This document shows positions 17,531 to 27,157 of a stretch of DNA of 64,000 nt, piece by piece. Under the pieces are notes generated by a model that ran no database searches, was not told the origin of the DNA, and saw only the letters and a list, made by a program, of their open reading frames with translations. Origin of the DNA: Chitinophagales bacterium (GTDB lineage Bacteria > Bacteroidota > Bacteroidia > Chitinophagales > LD1); NCBI GenBank assembly GCA_046329575.1, contig JAXLUJ010000009.1, positions 43,291-107,290 of the forward strand, given 5' to 3'. Within the stretch, counting starts at the first letter, position 1, and each line of letters starts with the position of its first letter. A program made the translations under genes and the position numbers.

Positions 17531-20500
17531 AGGATTACACTTCGTTTATAAATGATTCGGTCGGCTTGCATCAGGCGCAACTGATAGAATCCCGGCGACA
17601 GATTTTCGGTAAGCATAGAAAGCGTATTGCCGCCATTCGGAGCGCCCTGACGCAAAACGATTTCACCTAAATTATTAATTAGTTCCACGGTTTCGCCCTG
17701 ATACGTACCTCCATAAAGATATAGCACCAGATGATCATTAGCAGGAATGGGATAAACGCGGTACGATCGGTTTTCATTGGCTTTGGTGCTATCAGTAGCC
17801 ATTTCTTTTTTTAAGGCGATACCGGCCTGATCGCAGAAATCAAAATCGTCATAACTTTCAACCGCAATGCCGCTCAACATAGCCCTGGCATTGAAAACTG
17901 CATTCCCGGCTTCCAGATAACACGATTGAGCCAGTTGAACCAAAAAATTGAATTGGCCCTCCTCGTATTGGAGATTAGATGAATCTATTGTTTTCAAGTA
18001 AAGCAGATTTACGGCTTTGGTATAATCCTGGAAATTAGCGTTAGTAGATAATGCTTGCAAAGCGCTGAGCAAATGCGCACGGCGCTGATCAAAAATATCA
18101 CGCCAGGGCGCCCGGATATTTTGTTGAATCACCCGTTCCGCTTCCACATAATCTTGCAAACGTTGGTATAAAGCCTGATTGGTGGTATCCGTAAGGGTGA
18201 CGGAAGTGTCAGGGTTTACCCCGGAAGAATCAATTAACTGCAACCAGGTGGTATCGTTATTTGAGGCGCTGTCTAAGGCAACTAATGCGGCTGCAAACGA
18301 TTGCTGGCGGGCCACACTTTGGCTTAACGAAAGCATTGCCGTTTCGTTCATAGTATAAAGTTCGCGTTGCAAGTGTTCCACTTCCGCGAATTTTCCCAAA
18401 GGGGTGTTGGCTACCGAATCGTAAAACATTCTTTCAACACTTTCCTCATCCAGTGTGTCGGCAATAATGCCCAGTTTTTCCTGCAGGGCTTTAGCGGCTT
18501 CCCAACGGTTTACCTCTTCAAAAAAATCGGGATGGTATTGATTCATCAAAACCATTTCATCGAATTCCGTAAGCTCGCCCGCTTGCACCAACGGCTGCTG
18601 TGTGGTGTTGTTGTCATCACAGGACGGAACAACAGATACTGCTGGGTCATATTTGAACCATTGCGAAGGTCCTATAATTGTATTAGTAGTCGGGCTTTGG
18701 GCGCTACTGCCGGGAGGAATAGGAACACGAAATTGTGATGGTACTCCCTGGAATGCTGAATTCTGATTCCATCCTGCCAGGTTTTGGGAGGAATAATTGC
18801 CGTTCCAGTTATTGCCTTTGGCTTTTTGCTTACCCATTACGCCAGAGGTGGTAATGTGAAGCCCCACATAATTGGCGATGGCGCCATGCCCAATATCATT
18901 CGTTTTAAAATCAGTACCGGAATTCTGTCCTTCAAACCGGAAACCGGCCTTTAGTCCGTAAGCCATATTGCAACTCACCAGCTGGTGGCCGCCGCTATTT
19001 TGAGCAAAACAAAACCCGCGGGGGTAAAGATTGGTATTGTTTGCTGCTCCAGAGGCGCCAGGCAAAACCCCGTAAGCAGTATTGCTTAATACGTCAAAAT
19101 TGCTGCAATTGCTAAAACGAAATGCATTTCTGGTGGTGGCTTGTATCACATTGGCCTTTACCAGATTTCGCTCAACTACCACATTAGCAGCGGTATTATA
19201 AATTCCAGATACATTGGTCATCGATATACCTTCCGCACCATTTTTCAGGCTTACCTTGTTATTGGTAATTTGAAGAGAAGGCTGCTGGCGCGACAAATCA
19301 TCAGAAATGGAGATGCCTACTCCAAGGTTGGCAATGTTCAGCGATTGCTGTATAGTATTAAAGAAGGGCCATTTATCAACTGTAATTGTGTTATCCTGAA
19401 TCTTATGGGCAAACAAATTTACTCCACTTCTGCAAAAATTTAAAACAACACCGGTTGACCAGGGTTCTGAAAAATTAATCGATAAACCCTGACCATCATA
19501 CTGAGTAGGCAAAGTACCAAAACTACTTCCCAGCATATCAATTTTGTTTAATTGGATGGTTATGTTGGATTCAGTACAGTTATTCAGTATGATGCCATTA
19601 AGGCAATAGTTCATGATGTTATTATAAATATATGGTTCGTAGTTTTGTTCAATTTTTATAGCCTTTCTACAACTTTTAAAAAAACAGTTAGAGATATTAA
19701 TACCGGTAATCGCATTGGCTGGATTTGTTTGATTTTTGTTGTACGCATAAATCGCATTTCCATTTCTGGCGCCGGTTCCACCGGAATTTACCGGGAGGTT
19801 GTACTGAACATATGCCCGTGGTCGATCCTCGGCAGGTATGGCATAAAACTGGCATTGCCTGAAGTAAGCCGAACTATGTTTTACAATTGCACCATTAGCC
19901 AGATTACTGAATTTGGCACTGAGCGCTGTGCGGGAGGTAGGTTGGAATAAATTCAGATAGATACCTGCCCATGCCCACATATTATCACCATCCGTAATTG
20001 TACTTGCAGCAGGCATATCGGTTTCATTAATCATACCTGGAAATGGCTTTTTAAAATTGGTAGTTCCCTCAAAACGAACATTTGATCCCATTCTAATGGA
20101 ATAAGAAAACATCGGAGCCGGTAAAATGGCGGAAGATCTTGATGCACAAACGCCAATAAAATTGTCACGGAAAGTAATTGAGCCATATAGGCAGTTCAAA
20201 TCACTATTGTGTTCTAGATAAACCGCATACTGAGCATCTTGAATTTGAACTCTGTCTCCGAACGTAAGGCCCCCGTTAGGATTCACATGAAATCCTTCCC
20301 ACAAACAGCTACCAATAGATTCGAATGTGGTATTTTGAACGCTAAGACGGGCGTTGGAATTGACGATGATATTCGCTCCCGGATAAAGCAGAAACCGGAC
20401 ATTACTGAAGTTGTAATTCGTATTGATGACCAATTTCCCCTGAATAGCAATGGTAGTATTGGCCGCGGGTGAAAAGCCTGAAGTTGGCCAACCCTGAGCA

Positions 20501-23500
20501 GTAATTACATTATTGAGCTGGTTTGTCCCGGATAAAACAATTGAGGCTGGTGAGAAAAAATTAAATGAAGTAGAGGCAGACGAGCCATTGGTCTGTGTTA
20601 CAGTTACGGAATAAGTACCGGTTTGGTACGGGGTCAAACTAGACCCGGAATTATTCAGAGGGGAATTATTAAAACTCCATTGATAGGTTTGTCCGGCCGG
20701 AGCAACGAATTCCTGTACACCGCAAGCGTTAAGTTGACAAGGTAAAATATTTTGGGTAACACTAGCGGTACATCCATTGGGAGCTGTGGCAGTAACAGAA
20801 TATGCACCAGAGCTGCCTACTGAAATGGCCGAGGTATTTGCCTGATTTGACCACATGAAGGTAGATCCTAACGAAGTTGAAGTCGCCGTGATCGTTGCAC
20901 TTTGAGGGGGACATATTGCTTGAAGATCTGCAGATACAGTAACAACAGGATGACATGCTCCATTGACTAGCGGGCCACCTCTGAATGTAGATATAGTTTC
21001 AGTTTGGTTGTTTGGATCACAATATGTTACATAGCGGAATCTTACCGGAAGATCTGGAAACGTAACCGTATTGCAAGGTATATCCAAATCAAATTTTATG
21101 CAGAAGACTCCGTCATTATTATTAAATCCAAACCCTGCATCTACACCCCATAAATTTGCAGCGGTGAATCCTGTTAAGGAAGTACTGGCTAAATTTAATG
21201 AACTCAAATTAACATCATAATCCTTATTGTTGCCGTTCTGAACAACTGTAATACGGTTAGACGGAAAGGCAATTACAATTCCTCCGGGTAAATTATTTGA
21301 ACTGATGTTAAAGTTAGATGGCGTATAATTATCAGGCAAAGAAAATAATATATGAAAATTTCCAATGCCCCCAGATGATGCAGAGTTTAAGCAAGCGCTA
21401 ACTTGCACCGGATTACAATTAGATGCACCAGGTGTAATGGTCGAATTTATCGCTTCGATATGAACAGAATTAATCTTTAAATTAAAATTAAATTGAGACG
21501 GATTATTGCAAAAAGTATTTTGCGTTAACTGATTAATTTCAGGGAAAGGTGTTTCACATCGCCAACTGTACAATATAGGAACAGGCACAAGGTTATCCGC
21601 TGCAGTACATCCGTTAAGCGTAAAATTGATCCTAAATTTCGTAGGGGTATTTACAATCGTTTGAAGGTCGTAAGATAAATAACAGGACCCATTTACTTGT
21701 ATGGTAACAGGATTGATAGTTTGCCAAATATTATTACTCAAGTATTGAACATTGGTCACTGAGAGATCTGTACTTCCATAATTTGCATTCAGAGGAATGG
21801 GAATATTAACCGTACCGGCTGCATTACATGGAAGCATAATCTGAAGATAAATATTTGTATTCTCAGCACCTTGGAAGCCATTTATCCACGGGAAACCGGT
21901 TATGGCGAAGTCTGAGATTATTTCGCTTCCTGTTTGAGTGTTTGATAAGTTAGTAATCTCTAGATTACTATACGATGGAACACTTAAAATGTAATTACCA
22001 TTTATAATATTCCCATCACTTCTAGATGTATGAGCTTGACAATCTGAGTAGCTATTGTATTCAAAATAGGAATCATTTCCTTTTACTGAGTAGGTGCTAT
22101 TTATAGACGTTGTTTGTTGACATAGGGCATGAATGTTAAATCGAGCTCCTTGTTCGAAATATTCATCTCCTAACAAAAGTGTTGGAATATTGTTGATTTG
22201 TACGGTATTAAAAGTGCATAAAGGAGTAATGGCGACCGGATCATTGTAATTTTGTAGAATACCGGATTGGAGTTCTGAACATGTTGAATATTGTGCATTT
22301 AATACATTCAATTCGAAATTAGCTGGTAACACCGGATTAGCCCCCAATCCGTTAGCAGGAATTATTTGGTTATTAGCGCCTAAACAGGAAACATGGCTTA
22401 CTGCGTAAAGATTTCGTTGACTATTGGAATAGGAATAACCTGCAGTGTAAAATTCGACTAATTCCGGTATGAAATTATTAGCTAACGATCCCAAATGAAG
22501 TTTTACTGGATCGTATGCCGGATTTAGTAAACCTGAAAAGCTACCTCCTGACATTAACAAGGGTCTACACTCGTTATGAAATGCATTATAAGCTCCATCC
22601 GCATCAACATAGCGTACGGTCTTGATTCGAAGTTTATCCATACAAGTATTGCTTGGTTTCCACTCCTCAAAATTCCTTTCCTTTATGCTATATACTTTAT
22701 GGATTGCGCCGCCGGCACCTTCACACATGAAGTAAACCAATAAGTTTGGAGAAGCTGAAATGAATGGCCGTGGCGGGGTGGGAACGCTATTCGGAGGTGT
22801 AGGAGAAAAATAAGCGGAATTTAACACTCCCGCACTAGAAACACCGGAATTGCTACTAATAACATTTACAATCGAATTCGGTAAGCTATTAGTTGTTAGA
22901 AACATTGAATTTGTACAACTTAATTCTACTGAATTCGCAGGATTCTGGCATATTTTGAATTCCGGTAAAAATTGAACGGACGAGGCAATGTTGAACTCCG
23001 TTAGATTCAACCCTAAAAAGTCTTCGGCACTGACATGATATAAAAAAGTGACGTTATTTCCAGAAACCACTGAAACTGGGTTTTGAAGGTTAATAATGGA
23101 TGCCGGAATAACACTATTGGGTTGGAAGTAAGCAACATTTCCTCCAGTTGGCTGTAAATTCACCAGATTTGCATTACTGATATTGATCTGATAGTACATA
23201 TCCTTCAATACAACTTGCCGATTTAGTAAAGCCGACCAGTAAGTTTTCCAATCGGAGTATTGATAGCCAAAGCTATGATCAGAGGTACCGTCAAAAAAGA
23301 CTCCTTTGAAATTTGCTCTGAGATGATCCCCAACTATAGATGCGAGTTGATCGACTTCAGGATGAGTAAGAAGGTAGTTCTGGTCAATAGGTGTTATATT
23401 TTGACCATTCACATCAGCAAGTCCGTCGTCGTCGTCGTCTTGATATCCGAAATTAGTTCGCTCAAGTCGGAACGCAGAGTGATCATCTGGAAGGATGCCT

Positions 23501-25665
23501 GGCGTAACACAGCCAGGACATAAAACGTTAAAAGAAAAGCATTGGTCGTTTAAATTAATGAAACAGTCTGTTTGTCCCCCGCAGTCTTGACTGAAACTTG
23601 TTAGTACGTGTAAATCCTGATGACCGTGTTCTTGACCATCAGGCCCAATTTTTAGCGGACAACATCCTCTTACCCAAAAGTGTAACTTTGAGTTTTTAAA
23701 GAAACTCTTGAATTCTTGACAGTTATTTAATTGCAAGGTAGCGATGTCAAACTTTGCGACTATATGCGGTCCAGTATTTGTTATTTCTATTCCTAAAGTG
23801 GGTAACCAGTTTGTTGTACCATTGCTAATGTATGGAGCCGTGGAGTTTGCAGGAATACCATTGATCGGACAAGAAATTAAAATATTTGAAATGTTATTTG
23901 GGCCATCATCAAAAAGTATCTTAAATACTCCACCTGGACTGCCATTTGGACTCGCGCAAAAAAATTGGCAATCGTAATCATTCGCGTCATTATTAGGGAA
24001 ACTTATATTTTTGATCGTATATTCCTCAGGTTCGCTACAGCTATTTGAACTAGGATTAAGGCCAAAATCGGTAAGATCTGTAACTAATTGTTGGTGCGAT
24101 TGGATCAATTCGAGATCAGGGTCATTTTGATTTGGTATTGAGCTATTAGTACTTATACCCGCCATAGTGGTAGGTAAATGAGCTTTATATAAGTTTGTGA
24201 TTTGTCCGTTATTAGCTGTATAAGTACTGTTTTGAGTATTTAGTGTGTAACCATCAACACAATTTTCCTTGTATTTACCCGTAAATGCCCAATGGTTGAA
24301 AAAAATTGGATTATTAAACCCAACGTTGTCCGGACAACATCTAAAAGTTTTAAATCTGATGCTTAACTGATGTCCTGGAGGTAGCGTTTCCACAAACAGG
24401 TGCCAGTCCTTTATAAATACGTCATTTTGGAAACAGGCTGGTGGTGGAAATGACTGGTCGGCAGCTGTTAAAAAATTTGTAAAGGGGTTATTTTGCTGCA
24501 CGCCGCTGAAAACAGCATTGTTTGGTATCGCGAGCGCATTAACATAGTTAAAACTATGAATGTTATTTGCATCATTAATTATGATTGATGCTCTATCAAT
24601 ATAAGTATAATCCGTGTTAAGAGGAGCATAATTGACTAAATTTAATTCAATATCTGATGCCGTTAAATTAGTACTTTCATTAGAAATCAGAAACTCCCAC
24701 TCTTGTTCGGTATTAGTGCAACTATTATCCCAAAACTCCTGATTAGAACTAAAGGGTATCGGTGAAACCCTATATATGTGCACGAAATCCTGATGATTGG
24801 CGTTGTTAAATATCACATTTAACGCTGCTGTGCTTTTATTTGGGTTACAAGAACAACCCCACAACAAGTTAAAATTAGTATTTAGGCCGCCACTGGGCAG
24901 GCAGCCGGTGGCACCAGAAAGGAATACGTCCTGTTCGATTCGTAAATGGTCACCATGGTGCAAATTAATACCGATAGTTAGTAAATCAACATTTATAGGG
25001 AAAATAACAGAATTTCCGCCCTGACCATTGGCCGTAAAGAAGGGTTGCGTTGCATTATTTAGGTAAAATCGAACACTGGTAATATTCACAATAAGCGGTA
25101 TTGAAGCGGCACCGTCAAAAACAAGGGACCCATAAAAGTCCTCCGAACCATTATTAATGTATTCATGACTAACTGTTTGAGTTTGTCCTACTCCGATTTG
25201 GAAGTTCATGGAGTTAGGTAGTAAATAATGGTCGATGAAAGGAAATTTAAAAGGAGTACTTAAGGTGCCTGAAATGGTTGCAGTTGTGGTAATTATTATG
25301 TTGAATGTGGCAGATGCGGCATTCATCGCCGGTATTGCATTACATAGGCCGTCTATTATGTAGTCTATTTTTTGGTTAGGGTTGGAATTTAACACAGTAT
25401 GGTCAAAACTAAATTTTAATACAGATCCTTGTCTGATTACAGAAAATCCCGCGGGTAAAGTGGCATGATAGTTAAAGGCAACCGTTGGCAAAGTCACATC
25501 TATAACGAAATCAGCGTTTACAAAATTTGATGTTGTTAAAGAAAGCGTGTTTGATTCACAAGCATTCACTGCTGTGGGCATAGTTGAATGAACCTCCTGC
25601 GCCTGAATGTTTTTTGAAAATGTAAGGGTTATTAGAAATACGGTTATAATTAGGTTTGTTTTCAT
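17521..25665 (-). CDS. Giant secreted T9SS cargo protein (2714 aa): N/S/T-rich N-terminal region, Ig-like modules, parallel beta-helix repeats, helical region, T9SS CTD
   Basis: A single uninterrupted ORF with signal peptide MKTNLIITVFLITLTFSKNIQAQ. Ig-like segments include ICPPQSATITATSTSLGSTFMWS...YSVTATAPNGCTASVTQ. Around residues 1700-2250 there are repetitive N-x-x-F/I-x-x-N segments typical of right-handed beta-helix. The C-terminus, YRVYPIPANDHLVLYL...FYQLRLMQADRIIYKRSVILWK, is CTD-like. Confidence 0.85.
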   Translation of the reverse strand: MKTNLIITVFLITLTFSKNIQAQEVHSTMPTAVNACESNTLSLTTSNFVNADFVIDVTLPTVAFNYHATLPAGFSVIRQGSVLKFSFDHTVLNSNPNQKIDYIIDGLCNAIPAMNAASATFNIIITTTATISGTLSTPFKFPFIDHYLLPNSMNFQIGVGQTQTVSHEYINNGSEDFYGSLVFDGAASIPLIVNITSVRFYLNNATQPFFTANGQGGNSVIFPINVDLLTIGINLHHGDHLRIEQDVFLSGATGCLPSGGLNTNFNLLWGCSCNPNKSTAALNVIFNNANHQDFVHIYRVSPIPFSSNQEFWDNSCTNTEQEWEFLISNESTNLTASDIELNLVNYAPLNTDYTYIDRASIIINDANNIHSFNYVNALAIPNNAVFSGVQQNNPFTNFLTAADQSFPPPACFQNDVFIKDWHLFVETLPPGHQLSIRFKTFRCCPDNVGFNNPIFFNHWAFTGKYKENCVDGYTLNTQNSTYTANNGQITNLYKAHLPTTMAGISTNSSIPNQNDPDLELIQSHQQLVTDLTDFGLNPSSNSCSEPEEYTIKNISFPNNDANDYDCQFFCASPNGSPGGVFKILFDDGPNNISNILISCPINGIPANSTAPYISNGTTNWLPTLGIEITNTGPHIVAKFDIATLQLNNCQEFKSFFKNSKLHFWVRGCCPLKIGPDGQEHGHQDLHVLTSFSQDCGGQTDCFINLNDQCFSFNVLCPGCVTPGILPDDHSAFRLERTNFGYQDDDDDGLADVNGQNITPIDQNYLLTHPEVDQLASIVGDHLRANFKGVFFDGTSDHSFGYQYSDWKTYWSALLNRQVVLKDMYYQINISNANLVNLQPTGGNVAYFQPNSVIPASIINLQNPVSVVSGNNVTFLYHVSAEDFLGLNLTEFNIASSVQFLPEFKICQNPANSVELSCTNSMFLTTNSLPNSIVNVISSNSGVSSAGVLNSAYFSPTPPNSVPTPPRPFISASPNLLVYFMCEGAGGAIHKVYSIKERNFEEWKPSNTCMDKLRIKTVRYVDADGAYNAFHNECRPLLMSGGSFSGLLNPAYDPVKLHLGSLANNFIPELVEFYTAGYSYSNSQRNLYAVSHVSCLGANNQIIPANGLGANPVLPANFELNVLNAQYSTCSELQSGILQNYNDPVAITPLCTFNTVQINNIPTLLLGDEYFEQGARFNIHALCQQTTSINSTYSVKGNDSYFEYNSYSDCQAHTSRSDGNIINGNYILSVPSYSNLEITNLSNTQTGSEIISDFAITGFPWINGFQGAENTNIYLQIMLPCNAAGTVNIPIPLNANYGSTDLSVTNVQYLSNNIWQTINPVTIQVNGSCYLSYDLQTIVNTPTKFRINFTLNGCTAADNLVPVPILYSWRCETPFPEINQLTQNTFCNNPSQFNFNLKINSVHIEAINSTITPGASNCNPVQVSACLNSASSGGIGNFHILFSLPDNYTPSNFNISSNNLPGGIVIAFPSNRITVVQNGNNKDYDVNLSSLNLASTSLTGFTAANLWGVDAGFGFNNNDGVFCIKFDLDIPCNTVTFPDLPVRFRYVTYCDPNNQTETISTFRGGPLVNGACHPVVTVSADLQAICPPQSATITATSTSLGSTFMWSNQANTSAISVGSSGAYSVTATAPNGCTASVTQNILPCQLNACGVQEFVAPAGQTYQWSFNNSPLNNSGSSLTPYQTGTYSVTVTQTNGSSASTSFNFFSPASIVLSGTNQLNNVITAQGWPTSGFSPAANTTIAIQGKLVINTNYNFSNVRFLLYPGANIIVNSNARLSVQNTTFESIGSCLWEGFHVNPNGGLTFGDRVQIQDAQYAVYLEHNSDLNCLYGSITFRDNFIGVCASRSSAILPAPMFSYSIRMGSNVRFEGTTNFKKPFPGMINETDMPAASTITDGDNMWAWAGIYLNLFQPTSRTALSAKFSNLANGAIVKHSSAYFRQCQFYAIPAEDRPRAYVQYNLPVNSGGTGARNGNAIYAYNKNQTNPANAITGINISNCFFKSCRKAIKIEQNYEPYIYNNIMNYCLNGIILNNCTESNITIQLNKIDMLGSSFGTLPTQYDGQGLSINFSEPWSTGVVLNFCRSGVNLFAHKIQDNTITVDKWPFFNTIQQSLNIANLGVGISISDDLSRQQPSLQITNNKVSLKNGAEGISMTNVSGIYNTAANVVVERNLVKANVIQATTRNAFRFSNCSNFDVLSNTAYGVLPGASGAANNTNLYPRGFCFAQNSGGHQLVSCNMAYGLKAGFRFEGQNSGTDFKTNDIGHGAIANYVGLHITTSGVMGKQKAKGNNWNGNYSSQNLAGWNQNSAFQGVPSQFRVPIPPGSSAQSPTTNTIIGPSQWFKYDPAVSVVPSCDDNNTTQQPLVQAGELTEFDEMVLMNQYHPDFFEEVNRWEAAKALQEKLGIIADTLDEESVERMFYDSVANTPLGKFAEVEHLQRELYTMNETAMLSLSQSVARQQSFAAALVALDSASNNDTTWLQLIDSSGVNPDTSVTLTDTTNQALYQRLQDYVEAERVIQQNIRAPWRDIFDQRRAHLLSALQALSTNANFQDYTKAVNLLYLKTIDSSNLQYEEGQFNFLVQLAQSCYLEAGNAVFNARAMLSGIAVESYDDFDFCDQAGIALKKEMATDSTKANENRSYRVYPIPANDHLVLYLYGGTYQGETVELINNLGEIVLRQGAPNGGNTLSMLTENLSPGFYQLRLMQADRIIYKRSVILWK

Positions 25666-25683
25666 AGTGAAGCCCCCCCATTT

Positions 25684-26646
25684 TTAATACAGGGTATTTC
25701 CAGACTTTTTGCGGTTAACAATGTTTGAAGTTAAAAATTTATTATTGGTGTTATTATTAGTTCCGCTGTTGCAATGTGGTAAACTCGGCGGGGATTGGCG
25801 CGGGGCGAGTTTTCCACTTTCAACAGCATGGCGATAGCCAATCGGACTCATGCCCTGAAGGGCTTCATGAGGATGATGGCTGTTGTAATCCTCCAGGAAC
25901 CAAGCTGCTTCGCTGCGGGCCTGATAAATGGTTCTAAACGAGTACGCATCCAGCACATCCTCCCGGAAGGTTCGGTTAAAACGTTCTACATAGGCATTTT
26001 GAGTGGGTTTTCCCTTTTGAATAAAAGACAGCTTAATGTTGTTCTGCGGTTGATTGCAAAATGATTCCAGCGCATTGCTAATGAACTCTGGGCCGTTGTC
26101 TACGCGTATGGCCATCGGCTTGCCATGGCACCAGAAGGCTCTTTCCAGCGTACGGATAACGCGCTTGGCTGGTAGCGAAAAGTCAATCTCAATATCCAGC
26201 AATTCGCTGTTAAACTCATCTATGATGTTCAACGTTCTGAACTTGCGGCCACAAGCCAGCGTATCGCACATAAAATCCATACTCCACATTTGATTGGGCG
26301 CACTAGGGCGCAGTAATGGAACTTTTTCACGCACTGGTAACTTTCGCTTGCGTTTGCGCCGCAGATTGAGTTGTAGCGCATCATAAACGCGTTTCACCCG
26401 CTTATGGTTCCATGTGAAGCCTTCATTGCGAATACGGCCAAAGTAATAGTCAAAACCCCGGGTTGGCTTTAATTCAGCTAAAGTATTGAGTTTAGCAACA
26501 ACTGCTGAGTCATCCTTCTTCGATTGATAGTAAACGGCTGCAATGGATATATTCATGATCCGGGCGGCCCGAACCGTACTGATACCCTGCTCTTGTTTGA
26601 GCTGGTGTACCAGTTGCCGTTTCTGTTCAGACCCTACAACTTTTTT
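25684..26646 (-). CDS. IS copy 2 orfB (DDE/rve integrase domain), expressed as OrfAB by -1 frameshift
   Basis: The ORF track gives 25684..26556 (290 aa). The frame stays open upstream to the slippery site (KKVVGSEQKRQLVHQLKQEQGISVRAARIMNIS...). DDE region: WSMDF...IRVDNGPEF...NAYVERFNRTFRED. Confidence 0.8.
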   Translation of the reverse strand, partial: KKVVGSEQKRQLVHQLKQEQGISTVRAARIMNISIAAVYYQSKKDDSAVVAKLNTLAELKPTRGFDYYFGRIRNEGFTWNHKRVKRVYDALQLNLRRKRKRKLPVREKVPLLRPSAPNQMWSMDFMCDTLACGRKFRTLNIIDEFNSELLDIEIDFSLPAKRVIRTLERAFWCHGKPMAIRVDNGPEFISNALESFCNQPQNNIKLSFIQKGKPTQNAYVERFNRTFREDVLDAYSFRTIYQARSEAAWFLEDYNSHHPHEALQGMSPIGYRHAVESGKLAPRQSPPSLPHCNSGTNNNTNNKFLTSNIVNRKKSGNTLY

Positions 26647-26900
26647 TCGATGACCTCTTTGAGAATGCGGTGATCTAAGGCCAAATCCGCATACATCGCT
26701 TTAAGCTTGCGGTTCTCCTCCTGCAATGCCTTGAGTTGTTGCAAATGGCTTACGTCCATTCCGCCATACTTCGATTTCCATTGGTAAAACGTTGCCCGGC
26801 TAACGCCAAGTTCCCTGCAAATGTCTTCGGCCTTCCGGCCTTTCTGTTCCTCATCCAGCGCCTTTACAATCTGCGCTTCCGTGAACTTTGATTTTCTCAT
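26634..26900 (-). CDS. IS copy 2 orfA (HTH plus leucine-zipper transposase subunit)
   Basis: 88-aa ORF, MRKSKFTEAQIVKALDEEQKGRKAEDICRELGVSRATFYQWKSKYGG...LKALQEENRKLKAMYADLAL, typical of IS3-family OrfA. Confidence 0.85.
   Translation of the reverse strand: MRKSKFTEAQIVKALDEEQKGRKAEDICRELGVSRATFYQWKSKYGGMDVSHLQQLKALQEENRKLKAMYADLALDHRILKEVIEKKL
26640..26646 (-). promoter_or_regulatory. Programmed -1 ribosomal frameshift heptamer A AAA AAG of IS copy 2
   Basis: The minus strand reads ATC GAA AAA AAG TTG TAG in the orfA frame. The orfB frame is exactly -1 from it. A_AAA_AAG is the classical IS3-family slippery motif. Confidence 0.6.
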
Positions 26901-27157
26901 AAAACTGAAATTAGTGCTTTCAGTCTGGTTTTAACCTATCTTAGTTTTAGGGGGGGCTTCAATAGGATAATAGTTTTAGACAGAAGTAAAATTTATTACT
27001 GAAACAATTTCTTGTTCTAAAGATAAACCAATAATTACAATATTTTTTTAAAAATTACAACCTACTTATATAACCCTCCTGTAGCCTGTCTTTCTACTTT
27101 CTGGCACAACTTTTTAGCCTACTTTCGCGCTTCTAAAATTCAATAGCTCTGTTCATT

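Larger units (their letters stand above)
25668..26961 (-). mobile_element. IS3-family insertion sequence, copy 2 (1294 bp, apparently intact)
   Basis: Same 12-bp terminal inverted repeats as copy 1. It is flanked by a 4-bp direct repeat ATAG (25664..25667 and 26962..26965). orfA and orfB are in 0/-1 frames with an A AAA AAG heptamer. Confidence 0.9.

Noticed and set aside
17521-25665. Giant ORF as a polymorphic toxin (Rhs/CDI-like) with a C-terminal toxin and downstream immunity gene
   Set aside because: The C-terminus is a T9SS sorting domain rather than a toxin module. No YD/Rhs or pre-toxin motifs were recognised. The downstream gene is itself a 522-aa secreted CTD protein, not a small immunity protein.
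14581-26961. Composite transposon formed by the two copies of the same IS flanking the T9SS operon
   Set aside because: Each IS copy has its own matching 4-bp target duplication (TGTC/TGTC and ATAG/ATAG). The outer flanks of the pair (TGTC vs ATAG) do not match. Copy 1 also sits inside another IS. This indicates two independent insertions, not transposition of the whole 12.4-kb unit.
13177-26961. Prophage or integrative element spanning the IS-rich region
   Set aside because: No integrase/recombinase (other than the IS DDE transposases), capsid, terminase, conjugation or replication genes are present. The content is two cargo genes plus IS elements.
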